A stretch of 64,000 nucleotides of DNA from an uncultured Verrucomicrobiae bacterium (GCA_963813135.1 CAWEXY010000022.1:1-64000), one strand, 5' to 3'; shown: positions 1 through 10,477, counted from the first letter of the stretch. Numbers and translations are program-made. The notes: generated by a model from the letters alone, not told the origin.

Positions 1-137
1 AACTCCCCGTGGCCTACCTCTATAGCACCCATATCAATCTCTCTGACTTTGTCGGCAAAAAGGTATCCGTGCTCGTTACGCCGCGTTCAAACAATAACTT
101 TGCTTTCCCCGCCTACTACGTTCTTTCCGTAGAATAG
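1..137 (+). CDS. 3' end of chlamydial conserved protein (CT017-like), partial
   Basis: Frame from base 3 reads LPVAYLYSTHINLSDFVGKKVSVLVTPRSNNNFAFPAYYVLSVE*, resembling the C-terminus I recall for chlamydial CT017-family proteins. Confidence 0.6.
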   Translation, partial: LPVAYLYSTHINLSDFVGKKVSVLVTPRSNNNFAFPAYYVLSVE

Positions 138-174
138 GAATCTTGATATACATAGGGGACTTAACAGGTCCCCT

Positions 175-946
175 ATGGAATACGTGAATTTGCCACCCGC
201 ATCTTAGCGCCGATACCCTCGAAGAAAAACTCTTCACACCTGACATTCTTACCGATGAGGATCCAGGACCCGTCCTTCTATGAAGGAACCCTCCCGCCCC
301 TATCATCTCCGTCTGCAAAAATTTAGCCGCAAAGACCGCCTTCCTTCTCTTGCCCTGCATCACGATCCTGACAAACGGGCCGTTTGCCTGCATCGTTTCG
401 CAGGACATGAACTCCTCGCCGTGAGATCATGGCCTATGCCCTTCTCGCTTTTCCTGACGCTTCTCCGGCCTTCCGCCGCGGCGTTGCTTACACCCTCTGC
501 GAAGAACAGGAGCATGTCCTCCTCTATATGCAGCGCATGAAAGGCCTTGGCATCGCTTTTGGCGACCTTCCCCTCTATCGCCACTTCTGGGCCTACGTCC
601 CCTTCCTCAAAACTCCCCTCCATTATTTGAGCGTCATGAGCCTCACCTTTGAGATGGCCAACCTCGACTCGCCCCCCTCTACGGCGCCTCGTTTGCCAAG
701 CATGGCGATATGGAATCTGCCGCCCTCATGGAACGCATCTTGCGCGATGAGATCGGCCATGTCGCATTTGGAAGACGTTTTCTGGAGCAATGGAAATCCC
801 CCGAAGCGTCGGATTGGGAGACATGGAAAGCCCACCTTCCCCCGCGCATGGAGCCAAGCCGAGCAAAAGGGTGGGAGTTTTTCGAAGAGCATCGCAGGAA
901 AGCCGGCGTCTCATCCGATTGGATCGAGCGGCTGAAAAACGTCTAA
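175..946 (+). CDS. Ferritin-like DUF455-family protein, frameshifted
   Basis: ATG at 175; fragments give LHRFAGHELLA, EEQEH, LTFEMANLD and ILRDEIGHV (di-iron ExxH pattern) across ORFs 280-540, 429-935 and 710-946. Confidence 0.7.
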
Positions 947-1295
947 ATTTGGCTGAGTGTTTTTTTCTCCCCGTCCAATCCCTTCGACGCGGAGGTAATC
1001 TAAAATGCCCCATACGCCGCGCAGCTGCCCTGTAGAAATAAGATCGGTTAGGGCATACTTTCTGAAAAGGAAATCGTACGGTTGGATTTGATCCTTCTCG
1101 AACTTCTCTAGAATCCTTGGATGCTCCGGAAACCCTCCCTCTTACAAAAACCGAGGAAAAAACAAGCAATGTAGGCTTGACGGCTCTTTCATCTTTCCCT
1201 CAAAAGCCAGGAGAATTCAAAAGGCCATCGACCTCTCCAAAAAGCCTCTGCACAAAGGACTTTTTTGCGACAACCTAGGGAATTGCCTTGCACTA

Positions 1296-1671
1296 TTGGA
1301 GAAATACGAAGAAGCCATTCGCGCTTATGAAACAGCCATGGGCCTCAAAAGAGGAAATATGCCCGAAAACAATTTACCCCTGCAGCTGGCGATCTCTTAC
1401 AATAATTTAGGCGAATGCCACCTCATGCAGAGCAAATTCGAAATGGCTATTTTTTGGTTTGGGCAAGCAGAAGCCATCTTTAAGCAGCAGCCCATGCTGC
1501 GCCTCCAGGCAAAGTGTTTCCCAGCTTGCGCTTGAAAGGAAAGACGAGGGGGAACAAAATTTCCAGAAAGCCTACGATGATGCACGCGACTGCTTAGGGG
1601 AAAACCATCCGACCACCAAGGGCTTCAAAAGAGATCTAAAGGGATTAGAAAATCATTGCCGCATCATATAA
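1296..1671 (+). CDS. TPR-repeat protein, frameshifted; true start probably further upstream
   Basis: YEEAIRAYETA, LAISYNNLGECH and LGENHPTT are typical TPR/kinesin-light-chain-like repeats; split over two frames. Confidence 0.6.
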
Positions 1672-1715
1672 ATTTTCACCAATCTCTTCATAAAACGGCT
1701 TTATTTTAATGGGCA

Positions 1716-1767
1716 TTGAATGGACTCATAACCTATAGAGCCTTAGGTTCCATCCCGGGTTGCCCCA
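1716..1767 (+). repeat. Degenerate tRNA(CAT)-derived repeat, copy 1
   Basis: ttgaatGGACTCATAAcctatagagccttaGGTTCcATCCcgggttgcccca: anticodon loop CTCATAA, T-arm-like segment and acceptor 3' strand; no 5' half. Confidence 0.75.
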
Positions 1768-1834
1768 ATTTCTTATCTCCTTAGATCTCGCTTGAGTTAG
1801 GCCAAGTTTTTTTCTCCAATTAGATCAGGAGAAG

Positions 1835-2911
1835 TCACTCATTCTTCTTCCCCGAACCAGCCCTGAAAGCAGCTTTGCAAACAATCATTATCGCCTGCAT
1901 AAAGTTAGAAAGGCTCTTCCACAGGCTCTTCCAAAGAAAACAAACCCAAAAAGAAAGTCCCTCAGCGGATTCGCCGAGCGGCGCAGGGGAGGGGCTGTTC
2001 TGGAGGCTATGCTGGGAGGGTGCCGGCTGAAATAGACCACCAATTAAAGGCGCTGAAACAAGATAATCTTCTCTTACTCTCTGAGCAAAAGACCGGTCTA
2101 GTCGATCGTAATAGACACGAGCTTTTCTCTGTTCATGACTAAGGCGATAAACGTGTTCGGCTATTGGCATAACGCCTGGAATTCTCTCTTCTGGCGGCAG
2201 ACGTTTATAAACAAATATAATCGTATCATTACACGCCACATACTCGGGAAGAAAATGCATTTGATTAATCAAAAAATCATATGTAGGAATAATAACATCT
2301 GCAAGTAGGCCTTTTGCTTTCCATTCATCGACTGCTTCTTGCATGGCGGTAAGTCGACACTCTCTTAGTATTCGCTTCGCCTCCGCATACTCAATAGGAT
2401 TATTTTTTCTCTGCCGACATACCCACCAATCCCCTGATTGTTGCGTGTGAAGCGCATGCCTTTCACATTGAAATTCACGCACTAATTCTTCATATCGATC
2501 TTCTGATTCTTCTCGAGATAAGCCCAATGAGAGCATGGCATAACATCCAACGGCTGGTTCATAACACAGCAAACCTACACTTCTACCATTGTAAAGCCCG
2601 CCACGAACAGCTCTCATATAATCCCCAAGACCCAGACTTGGAAACCAATATCTTTGAAGACGCATCTTATCGTCTTGGATACTGTTATCCAGGACGTTGA
2701 TGTTGCGTGCTTCGTCTTTGAAGAGTGGTTCAGTAAAACCTCTTCTGACAGCTGCTACCACATCTCTTACTCTAGCCGTTTCTGCTCCTGGATCTCTTGC
2801 GCGAACAATCTGTTCCCCAGGCTCTTCCGCACGAACTGCCTCTTTTCTCACTTCGTGTTCGGGGTGAGGAGAAGGGAGAAGAGGATAAATGCGCATAGAT
2901 AGAATGCCCAT
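1835..2911 (-). CDS. Hypothetical protein
   Basis: 358-aa ORF with RBS-like AAGGAC; no family recognised. Confidence 0.65.
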   Translation of the reverse strand: MGILSMRIYPLLPSPHPEHEVRKEAVRAEEPGEQIVRARDPGAETARVRDVVAAVRRGFTEPLFKDEARNINVLDNSIQDDKMRLQRYWFPSLGLGDYMRAVRGGLYNGRSVGLLCYEPAVGCYAMLSLGLSREESEDRYEELVREFQCERHALHTQQSGDWWVCRQRKNNPIEYAEAKRILRECRLTAMQEAVDEWKAKGLLADVIIPTYDFLINQMHFLPEYVACNDTIIFVYKRLPPEERIPGVMPIAEHVYRLSHEQRKARVYYDRLDRSFAQRVREDYLVSAPLIGGLFQPAPSQHSLQNSPSPAPLGESAEGLSFWVCFLWKSLWKSLSNFMQAIMIVCKAAFRAGSGKKNE

Positions 2912-3243
2912 AAAATTTGTCCTTTCTTGTTAAGGTTTATCGGTCGGATCGTTAGGCAGAGGGTCTGCACAGACCTGCGATGCTGAGGAAGATGTAACTT
3001 TTGAGTCCATAATCTCCACTAAAAATTAAGTAATAAAATTGTAGCACGAAATACTGAAAACGAAAATAAAAAAAAGCATTTTCTTGCACAGTTATTTATG
3101 CAAACAATGTCTTGAATAAATCCATATCTCTCTCGTGCTCAAAATGTTCCGTAAGCGACTAGAAACCAAGAGAATATTTGAGATGAACCCGACCTTATTA
3201 TCTTTGAGAGGAAAATGCGATTCTGGTTCACATTATTTATATT

Positions 3244-3296
3244 TTGAATGGGACTCATAACCTATAGGGCATTCGGTTCCATCCCAGGTTGCCCCA
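3244..3296 (+). repeat. Degenerate tRNA(CAT)-derived repeat, copy 2
   Basis: ttgaatgGGACTCATAAcctatagggcattcGGTTCcATCCcaggttgcccca, near-identical to copy 1. Confidence 0.75.
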
Positions 3297-3427
3297 TTTT
3301 TACTTCAGGGCCTTTAAGTTTTCGTAATATTTTCCGTTGCGCTGTCCAACTTAAAATAAGATTGCGTAAAAAAAGCTTGAGGGACTAGCATTGTCCATTT
3401 TCTGAAGCAATCATCCAAAAAAAGGAG

Positions 3428-3856
3428 ATGATTATGAAAGTTGGTGAAAGAGACCAAGAGCTTTTTACTCCCCTGCTTGAGCAACCTCAAGGATTGGGTC
3501 TGGTACGGCGACTAAAGCAACTTGCCTACGGAGGAACAATACCAGCATTGGGCATCGCAGATGGAATAACCGGCTTTGTCTTATTTCTGAATGATCCTGA
3601 ACGGCAAAAAATTGGATATTGCTGCCAATTTCCTGATACAGGTCAACTAGCCTTAGGTATTACGGGCCTTGCTTTTTCAGCGCTATCATATGGTGTAAGT
3701 TATTACTTTCTACATAAAAAAACTAGTAACTCAGTTGAACAAAAGCAATACCAACAGACTGATGAACTAGCAGCAAGTCTAGGAACTCTCTCGCTCGTGG
3801 TTAATGGTTTATTCGTCGTCACATTGGGTATCAGTTGCAAAACTAGCTGTGATTAA
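3428..3856 (+). CDS. Small membrane protein (about 3 TM), hypothetical
   Basis: AAGGAG RBS directly upstream; three hydrophobic segments. Confidence 0.7.
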   Translation: MIMKVGERDQELFTPLLEQPQGLGLVRRLKQLAYGGTIPALGIADGITGFVLFLNDPERQKIGYCCQFPDTGQLALGITGLAFSALSYGVSYYFLHKKTSNSVEQKQYQQTDELAASLGTLSLVVNGLFVVTLGISCKTSCD

Positions 3857-3971
3857 GGTTTCATCGACTTACAAACATTACCCAACGAAGCCTGGCAAAG
3901 AACGTCCGAAGGCCATTCTCATCTAGAGATGTCAAATTTATAGCATTGAATGTTCCCGAAAATTCTTTGAA

Positions 3972-4029
3972 TTAAAAAAGACCGTTTTTTTCGCCAAATA
4001 TTACATACTGCCCATCAAAAGGCTTTCCT
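3972..4029. repeat. 58-bp direct repeat, left copy (duplicate of the 3' end of gene 9258-9884)
   Basis: Matches 9258-9315 at 57 of 58 positions by manual alignment. Confidence 0.9.
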
Positions 4030-4120
4030 GAAGGCTAGAGTTTCGGGGTTCTTCAGGCTCCCATTTACGTTATCTGCTAGGCCGCAATAAGCGGCCCTTA
4101 CACTGTCATCTTGATTGCCG

Positions 4121-4180
4121 TTGGCTGTTGCTGCGGACTCATAATCTATAGGGCCTTAGGTTCCATCCCAGGCAGCCCCA
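4121..4180 (+). repeat. Degenerate tRNA(CAT)-derived repeat, copy 3
   Basis: ttggctgttgctgcGGACTCATAAtctatagggccttaGGTTCcATCCcaggcagcccca. Confidence 0.75.
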
Positions 4181-4512
4181 TTTTCCTGTAAATGCAGAAC
4201 ACCTGCAAGGTCGGGGAAGCATTATGCAACTTTTCGAATGCCTCCAAAGTATCTCTATTCCTCTCTACGTCTTGTTTAGAGCTACTATCCCATGAGTTGA
4301 TTTCTTCTGAAAAACATGCATTACAGCGACAACCTCGACACAGAAGGCATTGCTAATAATTCAGGCGATTCGTTAAGGTTTTCCTTTAGATGAACCATCA
4401 GAAACGCTTCTCTTAACTCAAGGGACGCTTCTGAGAGAGATGAACAACTCTGTGGAGCAAACAGATGTTATTCAAAACCTTGTCCGACCTACGGGTTCTT
4501 TATGGGAGCGCT

Positions 4513-5958
4513 ATGAAAAATGCCACTGTCTTCAAAGTTTTTTGTTTTTGGGCCGTATGCTGTGCCTTTTTCTCTAAATTGCATAGCGCTCCGCCACCTC
4601 CGCCGACACCCCCGCCTCAATACGTCCCTTTTTCATTCGGGAACGTGAACAATACGATGAGCGGGCCGTTCGTATATAGCAATCTATACATCGTCGTCAA
4701 AGGGACGGATCCTGCTACCGGCAATGCTTGTTTTGTGAAGTTTAACGTGGCGACGGGGGTTGGCACTTGCCATGACCCTATATCTTCGACTGATAATGGC
4801 TATACCTATGCCCTGTCGAGTTTTCCAGTCGATGGTGACAACGTGCCCTATGTGTATATGCCATGCATCATTAGCGCCAGGCTCTACATGTCCATTGGGA
4901 GTGGCACATTTACTGGGTTGACGCTTCCAGTACAGGGCGCTTCAGCACCCTACACAATTGGCGACCCTATCCCAACAGATCCCATGGATACCGCTTATAA
5001 TTATCTGTACGACAAAGTGGAATTTAATATTAAACCGGATGAGTGTGTGATCAATCCGACCCTTGTCGACTATTTCTGCTTTCCACTCCCCATCACCGTT
5101 ACTGCAAATGGAGGGTGCAGTCAGCTGTATGCTGGAATGCCCCCCACTCAAAACAGGGAGCAGATTTTTAGTAATACGGAGCATACTGGGTATGCTGATA
5201 TCGTCAATAGCATTACAAATACGGCATCACAAGCCCAGTGGTCGGGGCTTCTCCTCAAACATGGGTCGAAAAATTTGCGCATTCTCTCTACAAATACAGC
5301 CTTGGGCTCAGCCCCCGTTTTGTTTGATACCAGCTATTTGTTATCTACGGCCTATTACAATAAAGGCAACGATACATGGCTTTCAAAGTTTTGGTTTAGT
5401 CAATCGGCGCACAACTCTTATTATACAACGAATACGATTTGGATGGACCTCTCACAGCTTCCCGGATACGGCCTTTATAGCGGGCAGGTAAATCCTACTA
5501 CGGGCGCATTCAACTTCACTAAACAAACTGGAACAAAGGGAGCGAGTGTATCCATCACGCTACCCACTAGCACTGTCCCTTTCTTTGCAGGAACTGGTTT
5601 TGTATCTTCAGGAGATGCAGCGGCGGCGACAATTATCGAGAAGTTTTTATCTGCAGGTGTTGTATCTGGAGTTCTCCCCACCGCAAGTTCTAAGACAAAT
5701 CCTATCAACAATTCCTTCTTCCAAGCCTTCAAGTCGTCATATTATCAAAACAATTCCTATTTCGCTGCAGGGTCAGGTCCTTGGTATGATCTCTATTCAA
5801 AGGTGCTACACTCGTTTGCTGTCTATCCCTATAACTTTTACACCTATGCTTATGACGATGTGCTCGGAAATGATAATACGATCACTTCTGAAAACATTTT
5901 AACAAACAACGTAACTGTTACGATCACGCTGGGTGATATGACAGGAACCACCCCATGA
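4513..5958 (+). CDS. Secreted GH64-family beta-1,3-glucanase
   Basis: Signal peptide and Pro-rich linker; SARLYMSIG, YDKVEFN...INPTLVDYF (catalytic Glu/Asp positions), YSKVLH...YAYDDV. The ORF track starts at 4465; ATG 4513 fits the signal peptide better. Confidence 0.8.
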   Translation: MKNATVFKVFCFWAVCCAFFSKLHSAPPPPPTPPPQYVPFSFGNVNNTMSGPFVYSNLYIVVKGTDPATGNACFVKFNVATGVGTCHDPISSTDNGYTYALSSFPVDGDNVPYVYMPCIISARLYMSIGSGTFTGLTLPVQGASAPYTIGDPIPTDPMDTAYNYLYDKVEFNIKPDECVINPTLVDYFCFPLPITVTANGGCSQLYAGMPPTQNREQIFSNTEHTGYADIVNSITNTASQAQWSGLLLKHGSKNLRILSTNTALGSAPVLFDTSYLLSTAYYNKGNDTWLSKFWFSQSAHNSYYTTNTIWMDLSQLPGYGLYSGQVNPTTGAFNFTKQTGTKGASVSITLPTSTVPFFAGTGFVSSGDAAAATIIEKFLSAGVVSGVLPTASSKTNPINNSFFQAFKSSYYQNNSYFAAGSGPWYDLYSKVLHSFAVYPYNFYTYAYDDVLGNDNTITSENILTNNVTVTITLGDMTGTTP

Positions 5959-7748
5959 GGTATTCTATGTTCAAGAGATTGACACTGCTGCTGGCCCTTT
6001 GCGGATTCTTCTCCCTCCACGCCAGCGGATGCAATCCTTATACGCTTCCCAGTTACGAATCGGGATACGTCCCTTTCACAATCGTAAACAACGCTGGCGG
6101 CTCTGTTACATCCAGCGATCTTTACATCACAATCACAGGGACGGATCCGGCGACCAATAGCAGCTGCATCGTGCAACTGGCTCCAGGCATGGGCGGGCAA
6201 TGGTATGGATCTTTGGTCGATGCTACTCAATTTTTATTTGCAAACTCCAACCCCAATAACCTTACTCCCTATAGCTACCAGGTTTCCCAGTTTCCAACGC
6301 AAAATAGTCAACCCGTGATTTATCTACCCCCCATTACAAATGCGACCATGTACATTTCTATCGGATATGGGATGGGTTTGAACGTTACGCCAGGCGGTAC
6401 AATAAGCATTCAACCGCCTCAGCTCTTCACCCCATCAGATGGAAACTATTACCATCTGTATGATAATTCTACTTTTTTCTCGATTGGGACCGAGCTTGAA
6501 GTCCAGTCCCAATACCTAAACGGTTTTGGGCTGCCGATATCCATCATCGTCTCAACGAACCCAGGCGCAAATAGCAACATCCAATACTCGGGGACGACAC
6601 TAAACGGAGGCCACAGAACGGACCTCTTCACGAATTATAATACTGCCCTTGGAAACATCACAGATCTGAATGCAAAAGCTCAGTGGGCAAAATTACCATT
6701 GTCCTTTACTTCCGCAAGCGGAGGCGGGGTCACGCAATTGAGACTTGCGTCCGCTCTTTCTGCAATGAATTTTGCCACTTCGCCATTTGATCCTATGTAT
6801 CTTTTAAACTCTAGCCAATACCAAGACAATTGGATACAACAAGTATTTGGTACAACCACCCTTCCTTTTCCCATATATATTGATGTGTCAGCTCTAGGAA
6901 CTGGATACAATTATTATTCCTGCACAAGTGTTTCAGGTGGAAATCTCATCTTCACGCCAGGAACAGGCTCAACTGGAAAAACCGTGACCATCCCCTATCC
7001 ATTCACCACATCTTTACCCTTCCTCAATGCAGCTGGATCGGGAACAGGTAGTTTTAATGTTGCAGCAGGCAGTGATAGTCTAGCCGGCCCTCTTATCTGC
7101 TCCTATTTATCTGCAGGGTTTGTCACAGGTCTTTTCCCTGTGACAGCCAGCAGCCCAAGCGGCGGTCCATTAAGCGCAACGAATTTATTCGGCAGCGACT
7201 ACCTCGCCTATGCGAATGCCGGCGGTTACTTTTATCAAGGAAACCCCTATTTCACTGATGGATCAGGTCCTTGGTATGACCTATATGGCGCCGTCCTCCA
7301 TGCTGCATCTCCTTTCCCCTATTTCAATTTGCAGGCCGAGGCAGTAGATGCGTCTCTGGGGTATTTTTCACCCATCATGGCTAGCAACAATGGCAATACG
7401 CAGCCAGCGGTCTTTGTGGTTTTGAACCCGCTTGGCACGACAGTCGTACCCAATTTTACAGACTCGACTCAATACACGATTACTATCGCTCCGACTCCCG
7501 GCGCAGTGTCTTATACCGTGAATGGAAGCACCTCTTATACGAGTGGAATGCAATTTTCTGGTGCTGTTCCGTTTACTCTTACGATTACTTACCAATCAGG
7601 TATCTATAACGGCAAAACATTCACCTCGCAAATTTGGGTGAATGACACGAATGCCTATTCCATTGTTTTTCCTCAGCCTCCAGCAACGCTCGGTGTTACT
7701 AACACGGCCCTACATAACTGGAATATTGGGGTGGGAGCTTCTCCCTAA
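5955..7748 (+). CDS. Secreted GH64-like paralog with C-terminal extension; catalytic residues substituted
   Basis: ATGA overlap with the upstream gene; shares GTDPAT, MYISIG and GSGPWYDLY; Glu/Asp positions read STF and YLNGF. Confidence 0.75.
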   Translation: MRYSMFKRLTLLLALCGFFSLHASGCNPYTLPSYESGYVPFTIVNNAGGSVTSSDLYITITGTDPATNSSCIVQLAPGMGGQWYGSLVDATQFLFANSNPNNLTPYSYQVSQFPTQNSQPVIYLPPITNATMYISIGYGMGLNVTPGGTISIQPPQLFTPSDGNYYHLYDNSTFFSIGTELEVQSQYLNGFGLPISIIVSTNPGANSNIQYSGTTLNGGHRTDLFTNYNTALGNITDLNAKAQWAKLPLSFTSASGGGVTQLRLASALSAMNFATSPFDPMYLLNSSQYQDNWIQQVFGTTTLPFPIYIDVSALGTGYNYYSCTSVSGGNLIFTPGTGSTGKTVTIPYPFTTSLPFLNAAGSGTGSFNVAAGSDSLAGPLICSYLSAGFVTGLFPVTASSPSGGPLSATNLFGSDYLAYANAGGYFYQGNPYFTDGSGPWYDLYGAVLHAASPFPYFNLQAEAVDASLGYFSPIMASNNGNTQPAVFVVLNPLGTTVVPNFTDSTQYTITIAPTPGAVSYTVNGSTSYTSGMQFSGAVPFTLTITYQSGIYNGKTFTSQIWVNDTNAYSIVFPQPPATLGVTNTALHNWNIGVGASP

Positions 7749-7770
7749 CTGCTTTGTTGGAGATCGCTAG

Positions 7771-7806
7771 CCAATTTTCTGCAAACCGAGGGTTTGCAAA
7801 AATTGG
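7771..7806. terminator. Hairpin between convergent genes
   Basis: ccaattttctgcaaacc-gag-ggtttgcaaaaattgg imperfect inverted repeat. Confidence 0.55.
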
Positions 7807-7852
7807 CAGCAAGATCCGGCGAATAAGCGATTCAGGCTCTCTCTAAAAAGTC

Positions 7853-9109
7853 TCAAAATCGGAATTCAGTTCCAATATTGATGCCCTGCGTCCAGTAACT
7901 TGTTGTTTTGTGAAGAGGCTTAGGCCGAGCGGGACCAGTCAGGGTCGGAGAACCCCCAGTTGATCCAACACCTGCATCTGTCTCATTAACCGAACGATCA
8001 ATTTGCTTTCCTGGGCGCACTACAGAACTTAAGTAAAGAAAGTCATATCCAACAGAAAGACGGAGATTCTCAAGTAGATTTACACCAAATCGAAGCGTAA
8101 CTTGAGGAACCACGGCAAATCGATGGCGGTGGCGATTGCCGATATTTGTCGGCTGAGTGAATATGCCGCCGCTCCCTGCGCCATAACTATTGTAAATGGT
8201 GGGGATTGAATCGGAAAAGTTTCCGGAGATCTTCACGTATTGGACCATATCTCCTAGGGAAATTTTACCTAAAAAATTCGTGAACCACCAGCTATGAGCA
8301 TACTCCCCTCGTATACCAATCTGACCGCCATAGAACATGTTGATCGTGCGGAATTTGTCTTGAATATTCGTCCGCCTAAATTGCGATGGAGCAGTAATAG
8401 AAGTAGAGGAAAAATTCAGTCGTAATTCTTCGGATAAATCTACGAAAAGAAAGCCGCCCAGAGCGCTCAATTTAAAGTTTTCTTTTGATATCACATTCCA
8501 CAGTCCATTGCCTTCAACGTCCCATAGGCTGGTCGTCGAATGAACAGATATTTTCCCATAAATCGTACTGCCATCAGCGGCAAGAAGAGCCGTCTCGCCT
8601 GAATTAAGGATTGTAGCCCAACCACCGCTCCCTGCTGCTAGTGGGAATGAAGCAACGTTATTGAAAGGAACTCCAAGAACCGGCAATCCATCATGAGAAC
8701 TGCTCTTCGAGTAGTTCTTCACCTGTTTCGGTAGGTAAATCCCCTCAACCTCAAGACCAAATTTGTTTTCTTTCCCTACCCAAGAACGTAAACCAATGCG
8801 GAACCCCGACTGGGGGCCAAAGTGGACGTCGTGATTGCCATACCGTACGCGAGTATTGGGCTGGCCGAGTGCTGCTGGAACAGAGTCGGCAGCAGAACCA
8901 GTGGTAATCAGAGGAGTGCTTAGCGGAGAGTTTTTGCTCCACAAGAGTAAGTATTCTGCATTGCCCCAAAGACGGATATGAGGCTGCCCTCCATTGTCAT
9001 AACAATGCCCAGCTTTTTCAACGATCGGTTGGTTATTTTTTTTGACCTCATCCCCAGAAAGAGAAATCGCCGCAGTAACGGCACCTAAAAGACATCCTCG
9101 AAATAACAT
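7853..9109 (-). CDS. BBP7-like outer-membrane beta-barrel protein
   Basis: Signal peptide; W..AEYLLLW.K..PL N-terminal motif; VGYDFLYLSSVVRPG; terminal GINIGTEFRF beta-signal. Confidence 0.75.
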   Translation of the reverse strand: MLFRGCLLGAVTAAISLSGDEVKKNNQPIVEKAGHCYDNGGQPHIRLWGNAEYLLLWSKNSPLSTPLITTGSAADSVPAALGQPNTRVRYGNHDVHFGPQSGFRIGLRSWVGKENKFGLEVEGIYLPKQVKNYSKSSSHDGLPVLGVPFNNVASFPLAAGSGGWATILNSGETALLAADGSTIYGKISVHSTTSLWDVEGNGLWNVISKENFKLSALGGFLFVDLSEELRLNFSSTSITAPSQFRRTNIQDKFRTINMFYGGQIGIRGEYAHSWWFTNFLGKISLGDMVQYVKISGNFSDSIPTIYNSYGAGSGGIFTQPTNIGNRHRHRFAVVPQVTLRFGVNLLENLRLSVGYDFLYLSSVVRPGKQIDRSVNETDAGVGSTGGSPTLTGPARPKPLHKTTSYWTQGINIGTEFRF

Positions 9110-9257
9110 GACATTACCTCAAATGTTTAAACCTAGAACTAACAGCCACCTAATTTTGTGTCAATTTTTTTAGCACAAACATTTCGAATGTCTTGATTCC
9201 CCTAGCATACGCAGGCATACTGCCTTCCGTTTACATTGAAGACCTTTATGACAATTC

Positions 9258-9884
9258 TTAAAAAAGACCGTATTTTTCGCCAAATATTACATACTGCCCA
9301 TCAAAAGGCTTTCCTTCCGTTTTATTTACCCATTCATTTATGACTTTCTCCATAAAGTGGGCAAATACGAGTTCCTGTTCAAGTAGTTCAGCCGCGTGAC
9401 CGTGAAAACCCCTATCGGCTAGATCCAATACCTCTTTACGAAGATCGGTATACAGCGCCGTCCACTCATCTATCCGAAGTGTTTTTGCAAAAACACGAGC
9501 ATCGTAAGCGTCATTTTGGATCGCAAAATCACAGTATTGCAATAGAGAAGCATCATTGCGATAAGTGTCTTTCCACTCACAGTCCTGCCAAGGAAAATAA
9601 GCAATAGAGATCGTCTGGCCTACTTCCCATTTTTCTACATCAAAAAAATAGCAAGGATCCGGCTGGGGCACTTTTTCTCTCCATATCAATTCACTCCACG
9701 TTAGCTCATTTGATTGCAGCCCGTGTAACAACCATACCTCATAATCATCGCTGATGAGGACGGCTTTCTTGCCAATCGGGAATATTTTCCAAATGTTTTT
9801 TTCTTGTATGGCGCCATTTGCCATCCCTTGACCGCAGACCAATACCATCAACAGTAAGATCATGCTTTTTATGATTTGCTTCAT
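9258..9884 (-). CDS. Hypothetical exported protein
   Basis: 208 aa, N-terminal signal peptide; its last 58 bp are duplicated at 3972-4029. Confidence 0.7.
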   Translation of the reverse strand: MKQIIKSMILLLMVLVCGQGMANGAIQEKNIWKIFPIGKKAVLISDDYEVWLLHGLQSNELTWSELIWREKVPQPDPCYFFDVEKWEVGQTISIAYFPWQDCEWKDTYRNDASLLQYCDFAIQNDAYDARVFAKTLRIDEWTALYTDLRKEVLDLADRGFHGHAAELLEQELVFAHFMEKVINEWVNKTEGKPFDGQYVIFGEKYGLF

Positions 9885-9958
9885 TACACCCTCTCGTTTA
9901 AGAGCCCAAGTGTAGGAAATCCTTCATTTCTTTCCCACTGCTTTTACCCTAAAGAAGG

Positions 9959-10477
9959 TCAGAAGAACCATAAATCAGTTTTCCCTTTTTCTTCTCTCAA
10001 AAAGGGAGTCAGCTTATGCCTTTTCGCCGTCTTTTTGCTTTGAATATGGAAGACTTTCCACTTCTTCACCGTCAAAGCATCGGCAACTAAGCTTCGATGG
10101 CAACGCCATGGAACGGCTTCCGAGCACATGAGAACACAGCGCTTTTTCTGTGCGATTTTTTCTAGTTTTTCCAAAGCTTTTGCAAAAGCAGGCGTTTGCA
10201 TGTAATCGGCATAGCCGCGGAAGGAAGCATTGATCCATCCCGTGTTGACGGAATCTTTCAAAGCATGTCGAAAGCCTCCCAGATCTTTCCTATGCCGGTA
10301 TCCCATCTTGCTCTTTCTCAGCACCTTTTTTAGCTGTACTTGATTGAACTGCGGGCAATGCCTCGACTTCGGCACCGTCCTGATATCAATGAGCAATTGA
10401 ATGCCGTAAGCGTTCAAAAGAGCCATGAAGTCTTCGATCGATCGCGTAGAATGGCCAATTGTGTAGATTTGCTTCAG
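9959..10477 (-). CDS. DUF488-family protein
   Basis: IYTIGHSTR (in-frame upstream of the ORF-track start; probable CTG start at 10477), LIDIRTVPKS, LGG and LMCSEAVPWRCHRSLVAD. Confidence 0.85.
   Translation of the reverse strand: MKQIYTIGHSTRSIEDFMALLNAYGIQLLIDIRTVPKSRHCPQFNQVQLKKVLRKSKMGYRHRKDLGGFRHALKDSVNTGWINASFRGYADYMQTPAFAKALEKLEKIAQKKRCVLMCSEAVPWRCHRSLVADALTVKKWKVFHIQSKKTAKRHKLTPFLREEKGKTDLWFF

Noticed and set aside
3428..3856. Inclusion membrane (Inc) protein
   Set aside because: The hydrophobic segments are separated rather than one clear bilobed domain; not supportable
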